Positions 43,065-55,000 of a stretch of 64,000 bases of DNA are shown here, one piece after another. The number at the start of each line of letters is the position of its first letter. Within the stretch, counting starts at the first letter, position 1. Source of the stretch: Octopus vulgaris (taxonomy: Eukaryota). The DNA is taken from NCBI GenBank assembly GCA_951406725.2, contig OX597824.1:65534001-65598000 (forward strand), given 5' to 3'. A program made the translations under genes and the position numbers. Under the pieces are notes generated by a model. That model did not search any database. It had not been told where the DNA came from and worked only from the letters and a program-made list of their open reading frames with translations.

Positions 43065-46000
43065 AAAATCTGGGTGGCTACAGAGAACTGATGTGAGCAC
43101 AATAATTTCATATTCACATGTGGATACTTCTTTCATTTCAAAGATTTCTCCTCGGCCTTCTGGTTGGCACACATAAAGAATAGCTGCCTGTCTTGGTCCT
43201 CCAGTCAGGTCACAAACTGTACCATCAGTTATGTTTACTTGGAAGTAAGGTAAGTCAAGACCATCAACTTTTCGTGTGTGTACCTAGAATGAGAACAAAA
43301 TAAGCAACTATCAATCAACAGCCACAAGGTTCATGGAATAAGAAATTAGTAGAGTGGTTAGCAAACAAACAGATGATGACAATAACAGTAATGGTAATGA
43401 TGAGTACAGAGTCTTTCACATAAAGATAAATTCCAAGGAAACTAAACAATGGTTACATTAGCAATGAGAGGCCAAACACTGATTGGACTAGGTGACAACT
43501 ATTGACTTGTACAATTCATTTTTGTATATATTGGTAGTTCAATAGTTCTTCCATAGAAAATACTATCATCCACTTTTTCAAAATGTAAAATAATAAATTA
43601 TTGCCATGAAGTTTCTAAAGTTTGCATTCAAAGGCACTTTTTTGACCTTATTTAAAGCATTTAGCTCATCTTCTAGCACCCCCTTTTCCATCAATCTTCC
43701 ATGTTAACCTACTTACTTCCTTCACTTCACCTCAGCGAGCTGATATTTTCCACGTTCAACTTATTCCCTATCTCTGATCATCTGTCACATTAATTTATCC
43801 TATTCTGTCTCTTATATTCACCTTGTACCTTGACCTCACATCTCTCTTTTTCTGCATCCAGCAGCAGAAACCATACCAAAGTAGAAATAAAACCTAGCAC
43901 ATCTTTTCTTGTCGAATGGCTTGACCCATGCCCTCACAGGAAAAGGGATGCTAAATGATGATAATATATATTAAGAATATATATATAGAATGTTTCATAA
44001 ATTCATCTGATCCATAGATTCTTAGACAACTAAATTATATACATGCTTGTATAAGGCACTGTTCTGTTATTGATAGGATCAACACCAAAAATATTCCATT
44101 CAATAAGAGATTAATATCTCAATAAGCACAGGATTTATATGCAAGCTACAATAAGTTTCATACTCTGATGGTGGATTAATGAGATGACCTCATATTATGT
44201 GCTTTGAGCTTGGAATATTATAGGATAATACATGGTTATACAAGCTCATCTGATTACAGTACTATAGGAGCATGATACTTATAGTTGCTCATATTTAAAT
44301 CCAGTATTTACTAAATGACACACACACACATATACACACACTAGGCTTCTTAGTTTCTGTGTATCAAATTCAGTCATAAGATTTTGGCTGGTTTGGGGCT
44401 ATTGTAGAAGACACTTGCCCAAGATTCTATGCTGTGGTACTGAACCTGGAACCACATTGCTAAGAAGCAAGCTTCTTCAGCACACAGCCATGCAAGAATA
44501 AAGAAGTGGATAAAAAAAAAAACATTCCACACATTCTTTCTTATATAAAAGCAATGTGTTTAAGAATTATGCTGGATGTGTAACACCCTAACACAGAAAC
44601 AAACAGAATTAGATACTTTAGTATGTCTTTTGATACTTACTGGTGGATTTCCTACTGATGAGGCACTAACTTTTGAAGCTGCGAATAAAAAAAATCAGAG
44701 AATCTGGTTAACAACTTATTCAATGGACACTGACATGTTAGAAATAAGATTATCAAATTAGCTTGTAAAGACTGTTATATCAATCATCTTTGTTTAAATA
44801 ATTACTTTGATCAATGATTAAAAGTGGGAGACAGTTTTTACTGAAATTCTCAATTACATTTACATTTAACCTTCTCTGACTGTTTGGGGAATTCACCATT
44901 CATCATTATCATTTAACATCCATGTTCCAAGCTGGCATGGGTTGGATGGATTGATAGGATCTGATGAGTCCCAGGGTTAAATCAAGCTCCAATGTCAGCT
45001 TTGGCATGGCTTCTACAGTTGGATACCTTTCCTAATGCCTACCACTTTACAGCATAGACTGGGTGTTTTTTGTGCCACCTGCACTATTGGGATTGTCATG
45101 CAACTCACAGGACTAAGGACCCTGGGAGAGGTAGGAGGATCAGTATCATGCTAGGGGACAAGGGGAATACTACGAAAGGTTGGGGATAGAGTAGGTTCCT
45201 GTAAAGGCTTCTGTAGGGCAACTCACATCTATTAGGGGAGGGGAAGAAAGAGAAAGAAGAAACGATCAGTAGGAGTTGTAAGAGATAAATAATAGCATAA
45301 GGTGTCAGGGTGGCCTCACAAAGCACAAGCCTTCTTTCAATTAGTTTTGGAAATTATAAAGAATTTAGTAAAATAACTTTGTCATTATTAATCTGGAGCT
45401 TGGAAAATAAACTGATATGAAATTTTGACAGAAGGATTTTATTTAGATTACTTTAACATAGGAAGTTTTGTATTGTGGACCTAGGAGTGGTCTAAGATGG
45501 ATGGTATCAAAACGGATAAGACAAAACTGGTTCTTTTTATCATCACTTCCAAGATGGTAGAAAATATAAATCTTTACTTACTATATTTCTTTTAAAATAC
45601 ACTGGTTTTGTTTATTTAATTTTGAAAATAATGAAGAATTTAATAAAATAACTTTGTCGTTATTAACCTGGTATTCAAAACATAAATTAATAAATTGTCT
45701 AAACGAACATGAAATTTAGATTTAAATCTAGGTCATTTTAAAACAGAAACTTTGTATCATAGAACCAGAGGCAGTTCTACGTAGAATGGTATCAAAAGGA
45801 TTAATATGAAGTTAATTAGTTTTTAAAATCATAGTCTAATTAGAACAATTTATCTCAGGCATTTTAAAACATTTGTTAGAAATTTCAAGAATATTCAGTT
45901 TCATTGTTGCTCAGTGTGTGTGGGGAGAGAGAGAGAGAGGGAGGTTTAGGTACAAGACCAACAGTCTTGAGAGGAGTCAATAGTATCGACTCTAATATCT

Positions 46001-49000
46001 GAATGGTGTATTAACCCTTTTGTTACCATATTTCTGTTAAAATACACTGCCTTTGATTCAGTTAATTTTGAAAATAATGAATAATTTAGTAAAATAACTG
46101 TCATTATTAACCTGGTATTTAAAACATAAATTAACATGAAATTCTGATATAAGAAGGTATTAATTTAGATCACTTTAACCCTTTCGTTACCATATCTCTG
46201 AATACTTTATTTTGTTTCAATTAAATTTTGAAAGTAATGAAGAATTTAGTAAAATAATTTTTGCAATTATTAAGCTGGAGTTTACAACAAATTAATGTGA
46301 AATTTTGAAGGAAAGTTTCAATTTGGATCACTTTAAAATAAAAAAACTTTGTCACTGAAACAGGGTTGGTATCAAGGGGGATAAAAATACTTTGGAAACA
46401 ATAAAAAGAAGAGGAACAATTTAATTCTGTTTCACTAAAAAGCAACACAAAATTCATGTTATTCTTGGAAATCATCGAGTGAGCAATTAAAGAAGCATAA
46501 AGATGGTTGTATAGATAACTTTCTTACATCAGGCCAACAGTTTCAAACTTCAGTTGTGACAAGCATTGTCCAAAGTTAAGCTGTTATTTGAGTAAGACAA
46601 AGACAACAGTGGAGAAATAGAGTCAGCATTAGAAAAGCAATGGATAAAAAGTGTTGTAGTATTTATTGATGCCTGTGTTCAAATCCCACTACAGTCAGCT
46701 TTGTCTGTCATTCCACCAAAGGGGTTAATACAATAATCTACCAATGAACTAACTGAATTTTAGAGTTTATGTCACTGTTTCATCATCATTTAAAATATCC
46801 ACTTTCCTGGGTCATATAGAATTTGTGGAAGTAAATTTTCTATGGCTGGATGCTCTTTCTGTTGCTAACATTCAGCTGTTTCCAAGTAAGGTAGGGTAAT
46901 ATTTCCTCATGAAAATGGATACAAATGCTGCTAACAGTAGCATTGTGGTTGATCGAGCAAAGGTATAAGTCATTTAAGTTGTGACTATCCTGTCTTTATT
47001 TCAGGTCTACATTATCTAAGTATATCTTTTTCTTTTTAAGACTGTGGGATATTAGTTATTTGAGAAAGGTTTGACTGCTATTTCAAGCAGGCTGAATGAC
47101 AGCAAAGAGGCTCCTTCAGTGAATCATGGTGGCAGATGCTAGAGAAGATGGTGTTGTTTGTAATGGACTGATAGTAAGGTTTGTTGCTGATGTTCCCTGA
47201 TTGGGTAGACCTATGATCAAAGTTTTTCAAGCCTTGGTCTCTTAACTATATATCAAGGACCACATAATTCTTTGTCTATATCTCATTCTCTTTTTAAGGC
47301 ATGAAAATATGATTCGAGGGATATTTAGCTGTTATTTCTAGTAGCTTCTTCATTGGCTCATGATAGTACTTTTAAACCCATTGCCTTTACATGGGATGTA
47401 GCCAGTCCACTTATGCATACCTTTCCTTCTTGGGACACAAAACTCTATTTGTGAAGACCTGTTGGGGCAAGTGAAAATCGAAATCGATCAACATCAATGG
47501 AAATTGCAGCTGTGATACCAGTGCCGGTGGTACGTAAGAGAACCATCCGAACGTGGCCGTTGCCAGCGCCGCCCCGACTGGCCTCGTGCTGGTGGCATGT
47601 AAAAAGCACCATCTGATCGTGGCCGGTGCCAGCCTTGCCTGGCCCCTGTGCCAGTTGCCTGGCCCCTGTGCCAGTAGCATTTAAAAAGCACCATCCGATC
47701 GTGGCCGTTTGCCAGCCTCATCTGGCACCTGTACCAGTGGCATGTAAAAAGCACTCACCACACTCATGGAGTGGTTGGCGTTAGGAAGGGCATCCAGCCG
47801 TAGAAACATTGCCAAATCAGACTGGGCCTGGTGCAGCTTTCTGGCTTCCCAGACCCCAGTTGAACCGTCCAACCCATGCTAGCATAGAAAGCGGACGCTA
47901 AACGATGATAATGATGATGAAATGGGATGATCACAAAGGAGGTATATTTGTGTAGTGAATGGTGGTGATAATAGTGACAAAAGTTGATAATGATGCTTAA
48001 GGTTGAAGGAATGGTGATACCAATGATAGAATGGTGATATTAATGATACTAATGAGGAGGAGTCAACATGATATTGGTAACAATAATAAAAAAATAACAA
48101 AAAATGATAATGATGATAATAACAAAAACAATGATTTAGTGATACTATAAATTAAAGCCAATATAATGAACATGATGATGATGATGATGATGATGGTAGT
48201 GGTGATAATAATCACGACAGGTACAATAATAATAATAATAATGACAATGGTTGATAAAAATGATGACAAAGGCAATTACAAAAGTGAGCCAATGAGGGAG
48301 ATTTACATGGTTACTTGACTTGTTAGATATAGTAGCTAAATCTCCCCCAAATCACATTATAACATTTAAAAAAAATGAAAGCCATAGATCATATAGTTCT
48401 GAATATATTATATCTGAAATATATATAATATATCCAGCTGGAAGGCTTTTGATCAAAAGTTTGCTTGTTCGTGGTTGACTAGGGGCTAAACAACCACAAT
48501 GGAACCGAGTTCATTTTGTTTGTTTATCAATTCGTTTAACGGTTATTCCATGCTAGCATAAGCTGGGACAAAGACATTACTGAGGCAATGTTTTACAGTA
48601 GCTGAGTGTCACTAACCCATTCCAGTTTTTCTAGTAGATTTTAATTTGTCTTTGAAAACACTGAGCAATAGGGTGGGTGATTTGTTGACGGAATTGTCAA
48701 CATACTCTCATGGCTTTTACTTGAACAATTTCATGTGAAGGTATCTAAGACTGTAACCATTCACATAATACACACACATATATGACAGGCTTCCATATAG
48801 TTTCCATCACTCACAAGTCAATGGTTGGTCAGGGGCTATTGTAGAAGACACTTATGTAATCTTTTATGCAGTGGGACTGAACCCCAGAACCACACGTTTG
48901 TGAATTGAATTTTTAACCACAAAGAAACAAAATATGAATTTTAAAAAGAAAAGAAAAAGAAAGAAAAAAAAAGCAGCCTGACTTACATCCAGACCTTTCT

Positions 49001-52000
49001 AAATTTGATCCTTTATTGTAACCAAGGAAATATTCCTGTATCTGCCGTTTCTGTAAAAACAAGGAATTGGAAAAAAAAACAGTGAATTAACAAAGTGGTG
49101 AATCGGTCATCAATGGTTATAACTTGAACCTTTAGATCAAATATATAAAAATTCATAAAAAGTAATAGAACTTAATTTTTTTAGTAAAGTCTAACAGTTG
49201 TGAGGCCCAGGACCAGTTCCAAATAAACAATTTTAATTTATATTCAGGATTACTTTATTCAAAACATTCCTCCAATTTTAAGTAGGTACATTAGAATTCA
49301 AAGGATCTTTTATTAGCTTGAAGCCTGTTTTACCATGATAATGACAATGTTTATACAACCTTTTATAAAAGACTAAGAGGTTTCATAGAGTTATTATGTA
49401 CAACAGGTTACAAATCATGAGAGACAATTTTGCCCTTGGTTAAGTTACTAGTGTTCTGATGAAAAGGTTTCCTGAAGGTTTGGTACACTGAAGCATATGG
49501 AATTAAGTGTCCAGTTAAGAGACACAACAGAAAACTTGCAGTGTGAAAGGCATTATTACATTATTAGTTAATCAGAAGATGAAAGGCTCCACCTTGGAAT
49601 TCTTAGACCTTCCCACACAAGAAGCACAATCAGATGTGAAGGAGACACTGAGCTCTTCCACTCAAAAATATGTCTCATGACTTTTCAGTTACATACAGTT
49701 GCTGTCTTGCTCTTTCAACAGCCAAGAACTTATAGTGTGCACATGCACATGTGTGTGTGTGTGTGTGCAAGTGTACATGCATGTACGTGGATGTATGTGT
49801 ACAAGGAGATTTATAAGATTGGAGTGCAAAATAAATAATTTTAAAACTATCAAGAATTGTAAAGCCATGATAAGAAGTCAATGAAAGAGTTTTCACTATT
49901 TTAAGATTTATGTGTAACACATTCCATATATAGAATAAATTCTTTTATTCATTCACTTGTTTCAGTGATTGTATTGTGACTACATAGGGGTACCACCTTA
50001 AAGGTTTTAGTTGATTATATCAACCCCGGAACATGTAGTATTTATTTTATCAACCTTGGAAGAAGAAACAAAGTTGACCTAGTTGATATTTGAACTCAGA
50101 GCATACACTTTTGATGTATTTTTAGGTTGGTGAGTGACTCATTGAAAAACTTTTGACTCATCAGGGTGCCAAGACATTAGCAGTTCAGTCATGACACTGG
50201 TGTTGCATTGTATCTATGAACATTTAAAATTTTCAGAGGTGAATAATAAAGATTTGCTGTTGAACCTAGTATAGCCCTGAACTATGAGCAAAAACATTTC
50301 AGCCATTACCTCACCTCAATCTTTTATTCAGACATAGATTATCTAAAATGAGAAAGAGCAATTTAAAGGAAATTTGGTTGCTATTTTGTAGCATATCAAA
50401 TGACTGTGAAGAAGCTCCCTGGTTGGCTCACCAAACTATAAGTAAGTATCACAGATGATATAGTTATCAATTGTAAGCTATAGCAATAACACAACATTTC
50501 ATTCACTTACACTGCTGAATTCAACTCCTGCCACAAGAAAAGCTACTGTCAACAGATTTGACCAGGTAAAGAGTTTGCGTAATACTGCAAAAACTGGAGT
50601 TGAGTATCAGCATTATGAGTTTTTGTAGTGTGAATACAGATATGTTTAAGAGCAGCCCAAATGACTTCTGCTCGACACATACTGTTATGGGGATAATAGT
50701 AATAATGGAACATCTCTCCCATGTGATGAGTGGTATGTGATAGTCACAAATACTGTGACATTGAGCAGTCGGGGTAGTTGGTCATAGATGGTTGTATCTT
50801 ACTTGTTTAACTACACTGCTATACCAGAGTGGACATTATAACAGTCTGATGTGAGATTACAACAGTGGTGATGAGGAATTAGCAAACTCAGTAGGAATAA
50901 ACAAATTCACAAGGAGTTACAAAACTCACTAAAGTTTTTTGTGAAAATTTTATGGTATACAAAATTGTAAAATTATGGAAGAATTGTTGGCTGGTTTGCT
51001 CCAGTTGCAAAAACAGCAACAACAACTGAAAGAACAACAGCAACAATTACTACTACAGCAAAGAACGTTACAATTAATGAATAGTAAGTCATCCAAAAAT
51101 GCTGAAAAGATGTTCTCGCCAGATTATGTTGTAAACACAATAACAGAATTTAAGTATAAACCAGATGAAGGAGTTATCTTTGAGGCATACTATAGAAGAT
51201 ACAAACAGATCTTTAATAAAGAGAGCAAAGACTGGGACGATGATATGAAAATGCATCTAATCCTAAGAAAAGTGGCAGGAGAACATGAGCATTGCAGCAA
51301 TTATGTACTCCCAAAAAAACCTTCTGACATAAACTTTAAAAATACAATAGACATATTGTGTAAAAATTTTAGCAAGAAAAGCTCGTTGTTCAATACACAC
51401 TGGAAATATTTGAACCTGGAAAAGAACAATGAGGACTACATCATATATGCTGGCAGAGTTAACAGAGAATGTGAAAAATTCAAACTGGATGAATTAAAAT
51501 CAGATATGTTCAAGTGCCTGATATTTACTCAGGGAGTAACTATAGAAAAAGATACAGAAGTAAGAACAAGAATTCTCATTAAGCTGGAACAAAACCAAGC
51601 TGTAACCTTACAACAAGTGTCAGAAGAGTGTGAAAGAATTGGAAAATTAAAAAATGATGCAGAGAAAATTGAACATAATAATTGTTCCTAAGTGAAACAA
51701 GTGTGAAACAGGCAGAATAGGAATCAAGTGTGTACTTAAAATACAATACAATACAAACAGGACAAAAATCAGGAAACAAACCCATGTTGTGCACGTGGAG
51801 GTCTACACCTGAGTAAAAAAAAACCCATTTAAGAAAGTGGAATGTTTCTGTTGTGGAAAAATTGGACATGCAAAAGTGCGCTGTAAAACTAAGATGACAA
51901 AATGTTGGAACAAAGAGAAAAGAATAAACAAGATGTTGTTGAAAGAAAATGGTAATGTTACAAAGAGGAAATTAATAAATGTGAAAATTGAAAATATAAG

Positions 52001-55000
52001 AGTAAAGATGTAGTTAGACAATGGAAGTGATATTACCATTGTGAATGAAGAAACTTGGAAGTGAAGCATATCGATAAGCCAAAATTAAATAAATATACAA
52101 AAGTAGCACATGGTGTTACAGGTAAAAGATTGCATTTTGTAGTTGAATTTGTGTGTGATGTGACATTTCGTGACCAAATGAAAACAGCAAAAGTATGTGT
52201 TAAAAAATTCAGTTCATCTCACATAACTACAATTGCCAAGTCTTGAGGAAGTGTTTGCAAAATTGAATGGAGAGAAATTCTTCTCAAAATTAGACCTCTT
52301 GGATGCATATTTACAAATCCAAGTAGAGGAATGCTCACACTTATTAGCCATTAATTGGCTTATTTAAATTTAAGCAGCTTCCCTTCGGTGTAGAAGAGGC
52401 CTCTTCCATATTTCAACAAGTAATGGATACAGTGCTGGCGGACAGTAATTTTACTATCACCTACTGTAAAAACAAATGCAATTTACACATTTTTACCACA
52501 AAAATAAAAATAAACTTTAGTGGGTGCATAAATTACATGAGTAGATCATCATCATCAATGTTTAACGTCCACCTTCCATGCTGGCATGGGTTGGACAGTT
52601 TGACTGAGGGCTGGCAAGCCAGAAGGCTGCACCAGGCTCCAAAATGATCTGGCAAGGTTTCTAGAGCTGGATGCCCTTCCTAACACCAACCACTCCTAGA
52701 GTGTAGTGAGTGTTCTTTATGTGTCACCAGCACAAGGGCCAGTCAGGTGGTACTGGCACTGACCACACTTGAATGGTACTCTTTACGTGTCACCGGCACG
52801 GGAGCTAGTCAGGCAGCACTAGTAACAACCATGCTTGAATGGTACCTTTTACATGCCACTAGCACGGATGCCAGTCAGTGGGTACTGGCAACAAATATAC
52901 TTGAATGGTGCTTTATACATGCCACTGGCATGGGTGCCAGTCAGAAAGTACTGACATCAGCAATGACAATGATTTCACTTTACTCAATAGGTCTACTCAA
53001 GCACAGTTCATTGCCCAATGATTGAGAGGTACTACACGGTTATGCTACACTGGATAAGGCCACAGTTACGGTCTCACTTGGCTTGCTGGGTCTTCTCAAG
53101 TACAGCATATCTCGAAAGGTCTTGGTCACTTGTCATTGCATTTGTGTGGCCCAACATCCAAAGGTCATGCTTCACCACTTCATCCCAGGTCTTCCTGGAT
53201 CTTCCACAGGTTATCTCTACTGCTACTGCTAGGATGTGACACTTTTCACACAACTGTCCTCATCCATACACAACACATGACATATCAGCACAGTCGTCTC
53301 TCTTGCACACCACATCTGATGCTCCTTATGTCCAACTTTTCTCTCAGGGCACTTACACTGTCGTGTATGCACACTGACATTACACATCCAGTGGAGCATA
53401 CTAGCTTCATTTCTTGCAAACTTACACATGTCCTCAGCAGTCACAGCCCATGTTTCACTGCCATGTAGCATGGCTGTTCACACACATGCATCATACAATC
53501 TACCTTTCACTCTCAGCAAGAGGCCATTTGTTACCAGCAGAGGTAGGAGCTCTCTGAACTTTGTCCAAGCTATTCTTTTTCTAACAGAAACACTCTCAGG
53601 GCATCCATCCCTGCTATTGATTTGGTCACCTAGGTAACAGAAGCTATCAATTACTTCTAGTTTTTCCCCCTAGCATGTGATGGAAGCTGTTTTCTCCACA
53701 TTTTCAGTGTTTATTGCCCACACATATTTTCAGTGTCTGTTGCCCACACACAAAAACTATCTTCCCTGTTAACCTTCCTCTGATATTGCTGCACCTCTTA
53801 TGTGCCCATAGCTTACACTAGGTACATCTTATGGAGTTTCTACCTTTTCTACAGATCGAGCAGGGATTGGCAATTTGTCTGCCTTCCTATTTACTAAAAC
53901 TTTGGTTTTTGTTAGATTGGCTCTAAGGCCCTTCGATTCTAGACCTTGCTTCTACACTTGAAAATTATCCTCTAGTTCTGATAGTGACTCAGCTATTAGA
54001 GCAAGATCATCAGCATAGAAAAGCTCCCGGGAGCATGCTGTCTTAAATTCTTCTGTTATTGCCTGGAGGACCATGATGAATAAGAGGGGGCTGAGGACTA
54101 ATCCTTGGTGGTCCCCTACCCCAACCCAGAATTCTTCACTATACTCATTACCAAACTTCACCTTACTGACAGCATCCCTGTATATGGCTTGTACAGCGCT
54201 TACTAATTGCTCATCTATCCCTAGTTTCCACATTGACTACCAGATAAGGGATCGGGGAACTCTGTCAAAGGCTTTCTCCATGTCAACAAAAACCAAGTCT
54301 TTGACTAGGTATTTCTCCTGCAGCTGACTTACCAGAAATATAGCATCAGTAGTGCTTTTTCCTGGCACGAAACCAAACTGCATCTCATTTAAGCTAACTC
54401 TCTCCCTAATTAGTTGGGCTATGACCCTCTCTGTAACCTTCATTACCTGATCCAACAACTTGATACCTCTGTAATTATTTGTATCTAATGCATCACCTCT
54501 ACCTTTGTAGCAGTTGACTATGGTGCTGCTACACCAGTCATTGGGTATGACTCCTTCATGTATCACCTAGTTGACTATACGGGTGACTAGACTATAGCTG
54601 GCACCGCTAGATATTTTAAGCATCTCTGCAGTGATTCCTGCTTTATCTACCAAGGTACTGTCAATTCGGATAGCTGGTCCCTCTGTTGGGTTGACATTTG
54701 GGAGACTCTCTTCCTCCCATTCATTCTCTTCATTTAGCAACCTTTCATAGTGGGTTCTCCAAGTCTCTCTCTTTTCAGACTCATTAAATGCAAGTGAGCC
54801 TTCATCCATGCAGACACATTTCTCTCCTATGACATTACGATTCTCTCTCACACACTGCCTTGCAACATGAAACACTTCAAGTCTTTGGTCCTCACGATGC
54901 AGAACATTGGTCAATTTTTTCTTATCTGCTTCCCCTCTGGCTAAGTAAACCTGTCTCCTAGCTTCCCTTCTGGCAATCTGATACAGTTCCCTGCTATCAC

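Noticed and set aside
50975-51691. Possible domesticated gag gene
   Set aside because: It is still embedded in a decayed element with both LTRs, and the ORF stops before the zinc knuckle. Nothing visible indicates selection.
52715-52950. Regularly spaced repeats of about 57 bp, superficially CRISPR-like
   Set aside because: They are degenerate tandem units in a LINE 3' UTR in eukaryotic DNA, with no unique spacers and no cas genes.
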